Notes: a model not told the origin generated them from the letters alone. Shown: positions 12,301 to 24,450, numbered from the stretch's first letter. The stretch: DNA of 64,000 nt from Lytechinus pictus (GCF_037042905.1 NC_087250.1:20276001-20340000), one strand, 5' to 3'. Program-made: numbers and translations.

Positions 12301-15300
12301 TTGGATAATTTTTTTAACCAATTGTTGTGTGGACAGTGTGCCCAACATTTTAAGAGTGTGTGAGTAATGGCCAACCGAATACGAGATTTATGTTTAATCT
12401 TAAGGACGAACTTTTAAACTCAAATTAAGATTAAAATCACATCTTTTAGCTTTATATTTAAATCCATAATGTTTAATTTTGAATATGATATTCGGCTGCT
12501 GATTAATATTCACAGTCGATCTCGATTCATTTTTAATCATTTGCAGTAAAAATGCTATATAAGTGCTTGAATTTTTAATCAACAGAGTTTAATTTTCAAT
12601 TAATTCTCAATAGATTAAGCGTGGATGTTTAAACTGTTAGATAACTACGTCCATAATGTTATAGTAAACATCGTTTTATATTTTAAACAGTGTCTTTACT
12701 GTGTAAATATTTGTATTGAAATCTTAGGATGACGTCGATGATGTCGACGCAGTGGTCGATAAGCTGGTCGACCTCCCTTCATTCAAACTATTCCAAGGAA
12801 AGATCTATCGCCGATTCTATTACGCAATCAAGGGATTCAGTGCGAGGCTTAGCGACGAACTCGTTGAGATCGTAAGTAACGTTCAAATCCAGGCGCGGAT
12901 CCGGGGGGGGGGGGCACAGACGAGATTGAAGTCCTTTTTTGTTTGTCTGTGGTTTAAAACTTTTTTTTTTGCTTGTCAAATTTGTTTGTGTTACGAAATA
13001 TCCTTTCTTTGTGGCTGAAGACCTTTTTTTTTTGGCTTCTCAAAATTTTCCTCCGAAAAATTTGCCCCCCCCCCTTTTGCCCCTGAAATCGGTATTAGCA
13101 CTTAGTAAGTCAGATCTCGAAAGATTTTTAGTTTAAATCCTTTAAGATTTAAAAATTAATCTTTAGGATTGAAACTCAATGCAGAACTCGATTGGTCCCT
13201 TTACAGTCCATCTGTATTTGTTTAAGAGTTTGTTATAAGAATTACTTTAAGAATGAAAAAAATAAAAATAAAAATGGGCAGAGAAGTTGTGTTGTTGTTT
13301 GTAATTATGTAATTGATATTTAAAAAATGAAAGAATAAGAAAATTTAAGAGCTAATATTCGAATTCATATTGGGGTTTATATAAAAAAGCACACAAAGCA
13401 TAGGCCTACTTGAGCAAGGTATATATACATTGAGAAACCAATTGAAGTGAATGAAAATGAGAAAACCTGCTGCAAATGTAAAAATAACACTTTGGTATTG
13501 AGATATACGATGGTAGAATTGATTTCGTTTCATAATTTGTTATAATAATGTGAAAATTTGCACCTGTTATTTCTTTATCAAAATAGATTTCAAGTCTGCC
13601 TAATTTGATAAGTTTATTTGTTTAGTGTTAGCGTAACCCGCCGACAGTATGATATAATGCAAGTCAGTTTGAATATTCTTAATTTAGAACAGTATTTGAT
13701 TTAAAGACTGCATTTGACATCGTGAAAATGAACCCTTGAATTATTCAATCTAGAGAAAATGGTTTACCCAACATTGGGTAAAAAGATGCCCAATATTTTG
13801 TCAATTTTACGCAATGTTGCGTTGAAATAGTCCAAAATTGGGTTTTAAAAAAAAGCCCAGCAAACATGCTTTCTACCCAATATTGGGTAAATTTTACTTA
13901 GTGTTTTAGAGTGCATATACTTGTGAAATTAGTATCTTTAAATCAATTAAACCAAATCAAATTAATTCCGAACTCTTAAAAATATGATAGGTCATTCCAT
14001 TATTATAATGAAAAAGGTGTTCTAATGCGGAAGTTATCTTTTTTTTCTTTTCGACAAATATCCAATAATAAAAGTTTATGTCACATCTCTCTCTCTCCTC
14101 CCCTCTCTCTCTCTCGCTCACTCTCCCCCTCCCCAACCCGCCGCGTTATTTCCCCCTCTCCTCTTTGACCCCCCCTCACTCCCATTTACAATTCTCTCCA
14201 TCTTCTATTTCTTTCAATCTCTTCCTTCCTCCCCTGCCCCACCCACTTTCCCTCTCTCTTCCTCTTTCTCTCTCCATTACGTGGATACAATGAGCGTCTT
14301 AAGTATTGCTTGGTTTATTTAATTTATTTTTTCTCTCTCTCTCTTGATCACATCTGGAACATGACTGTTCGTGGATGAAGTGTTTGCCCAAATCATTTTG
14401 CTTTGTTTTGTTTTAATAGAAGCCTCTTTGTCGTCCTCTCAGTTATACTCTTTGTATTCCTATATTAAAGGAACAGCTGCACAGTAATGAATATGTATGA
14501 TATACATCTTTTTTTTTTTTTTTTTTTTTTTTTTGGGGGGGGGGGGTTGGGCAATTCCTTTTGTATAGAGATAAGCCTGGCCCGTGCATCCTACCTCCAC
14601 TGCGTCAATATCAGTGATCTGTATACAGATGTACAGATCAGTGGTCAATATACTTTCATTATGTTAAACAACGAACGTAGAGTGTGTCAACACTTAAAAA
14701 AAAACAAGTGCACACCTAGTTACAAATAATGCATATAGCATTCCCATTTATTTGAAAACAGGATAAATGAGCATTGTAGATTAAATGCCTTGCTCACGGG
14801 CATAGGTGCCGCGGCCGGGGATCGAACACTTTGCAGAGTTACTGCCGGTGTTGTTGCCCTCTACGTTCGTTGGTTCATGATAACATTCTATGTATTTTGT
14901 GTGTCGGGTTTTCAGGTGAGAGGACTGGATGCGGTTGATTACATTCACCAAGAAACTATTTTCAAGACCCAGTCTGTAGCATCGTGGGGTCTTGATCGTA
15001 TTGATCAAAGAGATCTACCCCTCGATGATATCTACACACCGGATGGAGGTAAATGACGTCACAATAGGGTTGTTTACGCACCGCCGCGAAGCAGAACGGA
15101 TTAAAAAACATAGAAAATATATTGCCAAATGCCCTTTATCATGTCAAAGAGTAACCAATAAGTCTTTGTCTATAATCGGTGAAGCAAAACAGCATTGTCG
15201 TCTTGGACTCTTGACAAACGACATATTTGCAATTTTCGTCAGCTTAGAAATTAAGGACGAAACTGCTCTTCAGGTTGACTAAATTTCGACAAAGACCTCC

Positions 15301-18300
15301 CAGTCGTTCTTTGTCATTTGACGGGCACTTTCAATACATTAATGCGTTTTTTAATCTATTTTGCGTCGCGGTCGGTGCAAAAACTCCCTCTTGGCCCTAT
15401 ATTATGAAGTCAGGTTTAAGTTAGGCGATGGCCTTACGCTAAGATTTAATTATGGGAAGCCGAAAATGTTTAAATTTTGTTTTCATTGTAGCTTTCTTAT
15501 CTTCACCGTACCCCCCCCCCCCATGGTTTTATGATGAAAAAATATATTCGTATTGTCATTTTCACACAGTAATGAGCGTCAAATGAGCTAATATTGATCG
15601 AGTTCGTTTAAGATTTATGTTCTTTTTGGCTTTCCATGGTTAAACCATAAATGTAGAGTACAGTTAAGATTAAACCGGATTTCAGAATACGCGCTAGTAT
15701 GATAAGGTCTTATATCACAGTGTGTAGCATGGTGTTTTTACAGTATGGAACGCAATGTGAAATCCCCTCCACACAGTTAAATTTCAATAATTTACCATTC
15801 TTAATCGCCTTTCACACAGTGTAAGAGCTGTGTGTATAACTGACACCAGTTGAGGTAGCTAGAGGATCACACTAGTTGAACATAACACAATGAAGAGTAA
15901 AACTAACAACCGCAAGTGTTGTAATAACACCTTATGGAACAAGCAATGTCATGATACAAGTCATGTACAATTTACCACCCAAAAATTAACAACGGTGTAA
16001 AATGACTGGTGCTCTTCTATGTACACCGATCAAACACCACAGTATTTGATATGCATAGTTCACCAACGAAACACACCGTGGATGCTTGCACCGTTCAGGT
16101 GTACACAGTGTGAAAGTGTCTTCAAAATGTTTAATATGAACATGTTTACCCACCTGTTAACATTGTCCATTATACAGTGTAAAATCTCTCACTGTTTAAT
16201 TGAAAGAGAGCTGACATTTTAACAAGTAAACAATAATAATAATTAAAAAAAACATATTAGTGCTTATTTTTATATCATTTACAGCGGCTCTGTTTTCATT
16301 ATCCTTGTTTTGCAGATGACTATTTTGCAAAAAAAAAACAATGAAAGTCTAAGGTGTAACAACTTTCCTAAACTACGTCCGATTTTGATGTAATTTTCAG
16401 CATTATAACATGTTTGATTATTCCCCCTTTGTGCATAATCATCTCCATTTTGGGCCAGTTTTTCCTTCATTTGTCTTTTTTAATTCACCCGTTTTCCCTT
16501 GATATTTTTTCTCTCCTGCAGATGGTAGTGGTGTTCACGTCTATGTGATCGATACAGGAGTCAACACAATCCATGAGGATCTAGAAGGTCGGGTATTTGT
16601 CGGATTTGATGCCCGGGAGGACGACGAAACCAAAGATAGTGTAAGTTTTGATATGATAAGGGTCAATCCGAACCGGCCATCGGGTGGTCGGGTAATTGCA
16701 CACCGGAAACGATCCGAACAACCATGCCCCGTGGTATCACAGGCCTAATTCATTCCCCATAGACTCGTGTGTTAAATTGGCACTTTAAAAACTTCATAAA
16801 AAATAAGGATGAAATTCGGGGGTCGAATGTTTACTACCAGTGGATAGGATATATATCTGGCAATCCATATCTGACCAGAAAAGGGTCCCTCGACCGGCTC
16901 ATTTTAAAAATAAATTGGCGTGTTTGAAGACATCGTCGGGGGGAGCAGATTCATCACCTCAAACAGCAAAATAGCCCTAATCCTTCCGCCAGTCAAAATA
17001 TAGTCCAAAATTGGTGATACTTCTTCCCAATTTGGGAAAAGGAAGTTCAGTAATTACCAAAAATAGAATCAGTGTTAGATGGACAATTATATGCATACAC
17101 TTTGTCAATCAGCCATATCAAAATAAAAAAAAATAGCAATGGGTTGGCTCGAATGAATATCTATGGCCTGCCACTAGTGATTAGGCCCGTGCAGCCCCGT
17201 ACCACTTCAAATTACTTGCAGATATAAACTTTCGGGATGATGACAAAAGCTAAGATCGTGAACGTGTTAGAGGTAATCCGACAACTCCGATCCACCGGGT
17301 GATCGGATAATAGCATTTAGGCGCATGAAAACCGGATACAATACGGGTAACCAATTCCCAACCGTGTCAGACTACCCGCAAAAAATGTTGTATAGACAGT
17401 GTACGAATCGTCGGGTTATTAGGTAAACGTATACATGCAAATCGAATATGATCCGGGTAACCATGCCCTGCAGAAGAATTGGACGAAGAACTTCTCGCTG
17501 GCAGGCTTGAGTTTACACCGAGTTTCCTTTCCCCAAAATTTGTCTTTGCTACAGTCTTGATTCAGTAAATAATAATGATAATAATCCCCTTCGTGTGAAA
17601 GCTGCAGCAAAACCGGACCCCGTCTTACAAAGAGTTAAGATTGATCCGATCAACCTCAAGTGTATGGAAATCCATTGATGTCATAATTTGTTTTACAAAA
17701 TGATTGTGCAAGTCCTTTGCCAAAAAATAAAGAGAAGCACACTGAATTTTCAAGAAATCAAGGAATGTATGAAATTTACAGCATATATAGAAAATATTTC
17801 AAGCAAACATGCATTTGAGGTGTTGATGTTGCTGGCTTTCTATAGTTATGTTTGATCGGCTTAATCGCAGCTGTTGTACGCGCGGGCCGCGCGTTTCCGT
17901 TTTACACCCTGGCGAAGGCATTTTCCGGAAAAATAGCCACAAAGCGACTAGTGAAGAGTCTACGTCTACGTTTGTTTACATAATCAGCTGGGCGCGCGAT
18001 CCAAAAGTCCGCACCGAAGATATCCGCAGAACATACGTGCAAATGCAGCTGAGCGCAGACCAAAAGCTTCAGTCTACGTCTCTGTATTTTGGTTGTTCCG
18101 CTGAACTATATACGTTGGCTTCATGATTTTTTTTTACTTTATCGCACATGATCGTTTATATGAATGAAAACGAATAATAGCTAAAATATTGAAAAATAAA
18201 ACACATAATTACTTTTTTTTCATATTATATCTATCCTTATATCTATCATATCTGTCTATCCACTATCTATGTTATAAATCAATCTATGGTACTACATGAT

Positions 18301-19434
18301 ATATCTATCTGTTAATTTGTCTATCTACTCTGTCTCTCTCATTCTCTATCTACCTATCTATCTGTCTATCAATCTATCCATCTAACATCTATCTCTCAAA
18401 TTCTCTATCTATCCATCTGTCTCTCTTTTATTTCTCTCTATCCATCTGTTAATCTACTCATGTGCAATATCAACACTGCTTCGACTTCCTTCGGGAGTCT
18501 ATTTCCTCAGCTCTACTTTTCCCTTTTTTGTGCTCGATTCGATTCAATTACTACTTTATTTACTTGTTACCATTGTTAAATGTCTTGTATTGCATAATGA
18601 TTTTTTTTTTCTGAAGGTTGCCTCCTATTCTCTTTCAAATTCCACCTCTTGCTTTCCCTTCTCTTTGTCTTATCCCAATTTCTTCTTAAAATTGCAACTA
18701 GCCAAAGTACCTGCTCCTGCTGCCTGCTTTCTTTCTATGTTATGTACCCTGCACTTCTCTGTCCCTCCCCTCTTCTCCCCCTCACATCCCCCCTCTCTCC
18801 CTAATGCTATAAAACAAAATATTCCTCACATCAGTTACTTCTTTTTTCGTAAAATGCACCAAAATTGTATTTATTCTTAAAATTCTTTATATCATTACGA
18901 CCCAGTGTTTTTTTTTTTTTTTTTTTTTGGTAATGTAACTAAGTTTATTTAGGGGCTTGCCTTTTGTACAAGCTTTGCTTTTTTCGGCAAGACCCTCCGT
19001 TTTACTTTAAAATACAATTGTCATACTAGGTAATTTTATTTATTGAATTGTGTTCCTTAAATCTAAGATTATGTTATGTATATTTTACTACGTCTTGCAT
19101 TATTTTCGACCTTGTTTTGTTATACTTATCATGCTTATGTTGTGAAACGGAAATCAATAAATCAATAAATCAAAAATCAATTTCTTTCCCTTCTCTCACC
19201 TCTTTCTTCCTAATCTTTTATTTCGCTTTTTTCTTCTTTGGTGACACTTTACTTTTGGCCTTTTGTATTTATTTATGATACATTTCTTTTTTATCTGTAT
19301 GAATTTGTATTGTATTTGATATTTATTTATAATGTTTACTTTATATTTTGTTATGATTCTATTTGTATGTAAACATTCACTTATTTCAGTCTTTGACTGC
19401 TTGTGATTGTATTTTGATAGTTTTTATTGCAATA

Positions 19435-19465
<31 letters not shown>

Positions 19466-19662
19466 CTCTCAAATTCTCTCTATCTATCCATCTGTCTGTC
19501 TTTTTCTCTCTCTCTGTTTCTCTCTATCCGTCTATCTATCTCTCGAATTCTCTCTATCCATCTGTCTGTCTGTCTCTCAAATTCTCTCTCTCTATCTATC
19601 TATCCACCTGTCTGTCTTTTTCTCTCTATCCGTCTATGTATCTATCTCTCAAATTATATATA

Positions 19663-19721
<59 letters not shown>

Positions 19722-20064
19722 GTAACTACAGTATCTATCTATTAATCTTCTCTGTCTCTCTCTCTCTATCTATCCATCTGTCTGTCTTTCTCTCTTTCTC
19801 TCTATCTATCTATCTTCTATCTATCTATTTATCTATATATCTATGTAACTACAGTATCTATCTATCTATCTGTTAATTTGTCTATCTTCTCTGTCTCTCT
19901 CATTCTTTATCTATCTATCTATCTATCTATCTATTTATCTATCTATCTATATATCTATCTAACATCTATCTATCTTTCAAATTCTCTATCTCTCTCTCCC
20001 TCTATCTATCTCTCCATCTGTCTGTCTTTTTTTTATCTCTCTGTCTCTGTCTCTCTTTTTCCGT

Positions 20065-20098
<34 letters not shown>

Positions 20099-20482
20099 AT
20101 CTATAACATCTCTCCATCTCTCAAGTTCTCTCCCCCATCTATATATCTATCTATCTATCTTTTATCTATTTATCTATCTATGTAACTACAGTATCTATCT
20201 ATCTGTTAATTTATCTATCTTCTCTGTCTCTCTCATTCTTTATCTATATATCTATCTATCTATCTAACATGTACCTATCTCTCAAATTCTCTATCTCTCC
20301 CTCCCCCCTCTATCTATCTATCCATCTGTCTGTCTTTCTCTATTTCTCTCTCTCTATCTTCTATCTATCTATTTATCTAGCTATCTATGTAACTACAGTT
20401 TCTATTTATCTGTTAATTTGTCTATCTTCTCTGTCTCTCTCATTCTTTATCTATGTATCTAACATCTATCTATCTCTCAGAT

Positions 20483-20525
<43 letters not shown>

Positions 20526-23500
20526 ATCTATCCATCTGTCTGTCTTTTTTTCTCTCTCTCTCTTTCTCTTAATCCGTCCATATATCTATCTATCTATCTA
20601 TAACATCTCTCCATCTCTCAAGTTCTCTCCCCCCATCTATCTATCTATCTATCTATCTATTTATATATCTATCTATCTATCCATCTCTCTGTCTTTCTCT
20701 CTCTCTCTCTACTTCTATCTATCTATCTATGTCTCTATCTATTTATCAGTCTTCTATATCTATCTTTCGGCATCTAAGTGTATCAATCCATCAAACTTCA
20801 ATTTTCTTTCTATTATATGTATCTGTTTATTTTTATTTTGTCTGTCATTCTATTCATTTAGTTAATAATTTATATTTAGAAATAAAAAAACTTTTTCATA
20901 ACTTTTCATTAAAAAAAAAACTTAACTGCAAAAGCATGTTCGGATTTCACTCATATGACTGCTCTCTGTACATGAAGTGCCGAGGAACTCTATGCTCTGA
21001 TCAGTAACTGTGCAGATTGCATGCGGTGGTGTGGGACTCGCCTGTGTCGCACGCTGCAACCAGCGACGTGTGTAGACTCTTCACTAGTCGCTTTTTGGCT
21101 ATTTTTGCGGAAAATGCCTTCGCCAGGGTGTAAAACGGAAACGCGCGACCGGGCCCAAAGTTTGATATTGTATTTGTGCTCCATTTAATACAGTATGGTA
21201 TTGACTGCAACGGGCACGGCTCGCATTGTTCCGGGACGGTTGCCGGGACCAAGTACGGAGTCGCTAAAGGTGCAACTATCGTCGGAGTTCGTGCCTTGAG
21301 TTGCGTTGGATTCGGTATACTCACTGACATCACATCAGGTACGCGTAGATCAATGAACGTAGAGGGCTTCAGCACTTCACAGTACTGCAAAGTGTTGATG
21401 CCCTCTACGTTCGTTGGTGTAGATAATTTTGTCAAACCTGTCGAAGAATAACAGAGTCAAGAGTATTTATAGTTTTCATTTTGTGACGCAACATGCGAGA
21501 AGCTGTAATATATAGGCATATTCCATAAATTCCTATTTATTAATGGTTCTTGATGAGTGAGCAAATTAATCTTTAAGAATAAAAAATGGGTAAAAGTATA
21601 TCTGCTAATGAATTTAGAATGCGCAGGAGTGATCGTTTTCAATTTCAAAATTAAATTTTAATTTTACGTAATTTCATGGAATTTTACGTAATTTATGGAA
21701 TTTATGTCAAATAACATGTCGGAAGCTGCTTGCTTGTGACGTCACAAAATTAAGCCTTAAAGTCCACCGAATGCTTTGAAATGGTCAGTAATGCTAGTCC
21801 CAAGTGTCATCTAACCTAAGGTTCAAATATTACAAACGTTTATAAGTCATTAGTGTTTCAGCTATTAAAATACAAATGACATCATTACAATTTTATATTA
21901 AAGTACCGCTAATCCTTCTCAGTCTATCAAATCTAAGTGTACAAAGCTTCTTCCAATAGCTCACATCTGCACTATTATTTTAATCATACACTCTAAATTC
22001 CAAGGATTTAAAATAAATCCCGATTAGCTGTGAATAGTGACCAGTATAGATTTAGATTTAATCCTTGTAGATTCAAATATAAAGCTAGAAATATTTGCAT
22101 TTCAATCTGTTGAGATTTAAAAGTTGATCCTAAAGATTAAAAATAAATCCAACATTCGGCTTGTCACTACTCACAGCCGATCTGGATTTATTTTAAATAC
22201 TTGAAATTTCGAGTGTACCGTAATAAAATTAAATTGATATTGTAATTGTTGTGATTTTCTTATTGTTTTGTAGTATTCCATATTTGTGAATTTCATGTGT
22301 ATCTTTAATATTTTGTACAATTCTGTAAATTCAGCTTTTCAGCTGTAATCATCAAGTTTTGAATCTTGTATGCATAATTGACTTTTTTCGACATCGCACC
22401 TGAAACGGAATGTTTTCTTCCAAATTGTCGTTGCTTGTCGTTCCAGCTTATGATTACGTCACAAAGAACGCCATCCACCCAGCAGTGGCTTCAATGTCTT
22501 TGGGTGGAGCTAAGAACCCGTTTGTTGACCGGGCTACTCAAGGCATGATCGATTCGGGCGTGATTGTTAGTGTGGCCGCTGGAAATAGCGATGCAGACGC
22601 ATGCACCTTCTCTCCCGCCAATGTCCCGGATGTGAGTACGCGTTGCTTCCCGTAAGCGTATCCCCCCATTTATAATAAGGGCTAACATTACTAATGTAGA
22701 TAGTACCTAATAGGGTTTATTCAGTCAGATTACGCCTCATGAATATTCATGGAAACAGAATATAAGGTAATTTCCAACGCATCGATCAGCTTGGCTTGTG
22801 AGGCGTGAGTGGTAAAAACGATGCGCTATTGTGAGTTCAGGGGCCGCAGAACAGTTTTGAAAGTGAGGGGGGGGGGGCTGACCATGCAAAATATCACAAG
22901 CATATTATGGTAATTTTTTACGTTTTTGTACATGGTTTTGGAAAAAAAAAGTGGGGGGTGGCTGAAGCCTGCCAGTGGCTGTAATCAAGATGTTTACGAA
23001 GAAACATAAATATGTAGTGCCTAAAAACAGAATTTCCTGAACTTTCCAAATGATATAGGCCTATTTACGTCTCAGGGATTCAAGAGTTTGCTGTGGAACT
23101 GTGCTGTACTCGCCGCAATCGGCATTACAAATATCATCGAAGTAATTTGCAAACAGCTGCCGCGCATGCAGCACATGCACAATACACATGCGCTGTGTTG
23201 CTTTGGCTATCTACATTGGCGCTGGACCAAACATCTCCTGACGTCACTTCACAAAGCCGAAGGAGGCGGAGCCTACCTGCCAAGATCATCGAACAGCTGC
23301 CGAAGCATACGCGATATGAGAAACGTCAAAATTCGGGCATTCAGAACATGGCACATGCGTATAAGCATCGTATAACCATGGAGGTAGAAAGAATACCTCC
23401 ATGGTATAACGGTTGTGTCTATGGGAAGTATAGGGACCGTCCGCAATGCGTACATAATTAGGTCATACAGCGCCCTCTTGAATCCGAGGAACGTATACCT

Positions 23501-24450
23501 TTAAACAAACACTGTTTATTGAAAAATATTCTTGCAAATCTAATTCATTTCATTTGATGACATACGTAGGCCATCACGGTAGGTGCCTCCGATAGCAGTG
23601 ACACGAGAGCCTACTTCTCAAACTACGGAGAGTGCGTTGACCTTTTCGCTCCGGGTGTTGAAATTACCAGTATCTGGCATAGCTCCAGGACAGAAACCTA
23701 TGTAGCCAGCGGGACCTCAATGGCGTGCCCTCATGTATCAGGTATAGCATACTTATAGGGAGCAATAAGAGTAATAATGTAACATAATGTAAAAGTAATA
23801 TATTCTTACGGGGCTCTCTTCTCTTGTAAAGCAGTTTTATACTGAAGAGATTACCCTGAGTAAATAAATCAAAATAAATAAATAAACAAAGAGTTGTTCT
23901 CTGTCATTTGACGGGCACCTGACAATTCAGTGGAACAACAAACTAAAAATTCTGCGGTTGCCAGATATGGCATATCGGACCTAATTATGAAAGAAAAGCG
24001 AGCGAGCGACAATTGTTTTATTACGAAGCCCAATTTTGTCATAGATTTTGAGATAGTATTCAGAAAATAATTTCACCGTTTTTTTATTCCTTTTTTCTTT
24101 TCTAATTAATGAAAGGATGCGAGCTAGCGAGCAAAAATTGTTCTATTACGAAATCAAATTGTGTGATTTATTTTGAGATAGTATTCAGGAAATAATTTCT
24201 TTGTTTTTTTTACTTTTTCCTTTCTTATTTTTTTTTGGGGGGGCTACCCACCCCCATTTCCCTTCTGTACACCATTGTATTTACTCTCTTCTTTATCTGT
24301 ATTTCTCCTACAGGAGCCGCTGCTCTTGTCCTCGGCAAGAACCCAACATTCACCTCCGCACACGTGACCGCTGCAATCGTAAATGGCTGCAGCGATGATA
24401 AGCTAGGCGACCCCAAGGGCTCCCCCAATCGTCTGCTTTACGTTGGATAG
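6372..24450 (+). CDS. Secreted subtilisin-like serine protease, S8A proteinase K/aqualysin subgroup, 384 aa. Coding exons 6372-6491, 12728-12871, 14916-15048, 16522-16640, 21194-21338, 22447-22631, 23570-23741, 24314-24450
   Basis: All introns are GT-AG with compatible phases (0,0,1,0,1,0,1), giving 1155 nt including the stop. Signal peptide [18 protein letters not shown]9-like propeptide (GRFVIKIK...[28 protein letters not shown]). Mature start [11 protein letters not shown]. Catalytic Asp in VYVIDTG, His in CNGHGSH, oxyanion Asn in VAAGN, Ser in [12 protein letters not shown]-terminus [10 protein letters not shown]. Confidence 0.95.
7131..11614 (-). mobile_element. CR1-group non-LTR retrotransposon, about 4.5 kb, inserted antisense in the first coding intron of the subtilase
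   Basis: The minus-strand 3' end is AATAAA followed by an (ATTCA)n tail at 7131-7155. A 12-bp stem-loop lies in the 3'UTR (7253-7299). Both borders are fixed by the interrupted MITE (...GACTGAT | GACGTCACTC...). Confidence 0.9.
7535..10558 (-). CDS. LINE ORF2 protein: APE-type endonuclease plus reverse transcriptase, 1007 aa, uninterrupted
   Basis: Endonuclease motifs [38 protein letters not shown] motifs [56 protein letters not shown]1-like C-terminus HSYPTR...GPRLWNNLP...FKCKLK. Confidence 0.95.
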   Translation of the reverse strand: MGNEYIDVNNRGDLPRYLNLQTPDLLFDLDSNDVRLHKLSSRYFSVDNVISNSLKSKDELFLMHHNVRSLNKNVDHFHSLIHQLNYGYCVIGLSETWLNDFQYSLVSIDGFTFYSNNREHKRGGGVGFYVSNNLNVRELKELNKMSDFIECIFIQIEMPDKKQMVVGEIYRPPKGNTQDFLDCLQNLLSSPVLYNKNVLLMGDFNLDLLHCNTVSSCQEFLNVMLSCSFIPSITKPTRITDSSSTLIDNIFVNSLSSTSSGILVSDLSDHFPIFVEVFFGRNNNKSASISVRDISEENLNRFRERLNEIDWNIIYNIQDPDICFDKFLDLFMSTYNATIPLKKFSRSTYKKTPRLPWISQSLLKSINRKNKLFCKYKKQPSKDKLKMKYIRYRNILTTSLRLAKKMYFSDQFNKYKSDSSSTWKVINKVLRSNKKSEPTKEISHNGRIIEDPTEIAELFNDYFVQIGTNLSRNIPESDREFTSFLKNPNPQSIFLTPIVEYEVKDIVNNLKCNKSPGSDGITNFLLKKVINEILSPLTYIFNLSLVNGVVPCNMKVAKVIPVFKKDDKREVCNYRPISLLTSLSKLLEKIIYSRLIKFLTDSQILSDSQFGFRKKHSTIHALLSFIDKVACAVDKSLHTVGIFLDLSKAFDTINHDILLYKLSHYGIRGKALDWFRSYLSSRKQFVSYTGINSSLKSISCGVPQGSLLGPLLFILYINDFNNSSNILSFILFADDSNLFLSHRDPHTLLNTLNTELLSVQSWIRANKLSLNVKKTNFMIFSNSLKSLPGQVVMDNVNLLQVESTKFLGLYIDQDLSWKCHINYLSKLTSRSIGILSKLKLFFPDYILLNLYMTLISSRLNYGILAWGNTNKTVLEMLFKLQKRAIRVINQSDFYAHTNPLFKKNKILKIHDLYEFHLGTFMFQLSKDDLPEIFSSLFQRNNLIHSYPTRQSDSFHLPRTRTLFAQRTIVFEGPRLWNNLPNEITSCLSLSMFKCKLKSFLLSSYGHR
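12176..12358. mobile_element. CACT-terminus fold-back MITE
   Basis: TCTTAAAAATG...ACTGTCCACACAACAATCGGTTAAAA is mirrored by TTTTAACCAATTGTTGTGTGGACAGT...CATTTTAAGAGTG. Confidence 0.7.
14696..14827 (-). mobile_element. SINE fragment (B box and body); another body fragment at 31147-31220
   Basis: B box GTTCGATCCC on the minus strand. AAAAACAAGTGCACACCTAGTTAC...CCATTTATTTGAAA is shared with 31147. Confidence 0.65.
15066..15389. mobile_element. TIR element related to 44619-44935
   Basis: AGGGTTGTTTACGCACCGCCGCGAAGCAGAA / TTTTGCGTCGCGGTCGGTGCAAAAACTCCCT. Internal CGACATATTTGCAATT and TTTCGACAAA are shared with the 44.6-kb copy. Confidence 0.6.
18463..19180 (+). mobile_element. 3'UTR fragment of a CR1-group LINE
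   Basis: Stem-loop at 18951-18996 with loop core TACAAGCTTTGCTTTTT, followed by AATAAA and (AATCA/AATAAATC)n tail at 19151-19180. The 5' border is approximate. Confidence 0.65.
19441..20765. repeat. Compound (TCTA)n/(TC)n/(TA)n microsatellite with internal higher-order duplications
   Basis: Directly visible. The anchor CTATGTAACTACAGT recurs at least four times. Confidence 0.95.
21989..22215. mobile_element. CACT-terminus MITE with TA TSD, same family as 62551-62784
   Basis: TA|CACTCTAAA...AAGGATTTAAAATAAATCC ... GGATTTATTTTAAAT...GAGTG|TA. Confidence 0.8.
23056..23503. mobile_element. Degenerate TIR element, possibly of TTAA type
   Basis: TACGTCTCAGGGATTCAAGAG / CTCTTGAATCCGAGGAACGTATACCT|TTAA. 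The interior is GC-richer than its flanks. Confidence 0.5.

Larger units (their letters stand above)
17885..21150. mobile_element. Non-autonomous DNA transposon, about 3.3 kb, with 79-bp TIRs, inserted in the right end of a Harbinger-like MITE (17614-21156)
   Basis: 17885-17963 and 21072-21150 are reverse complements with 3 mismatches. The interior is (TCTA)n/(TC)n microsatellite plus a LINE 3' fragment. No transposase ORF. Confidence 0.88.

Noticed and set aside
19363..20865. Several hydrophobic ORFs with YLSI repeats
   Set aside because: Translations of (TCTA)n/(TC)n repeats.
17848..21184. Two ORFs sharing the peptide [16 protein letters not shown]
   Set aside because: The similarity comes from reading the two 79-bp TIRs, not from a gene duplication.
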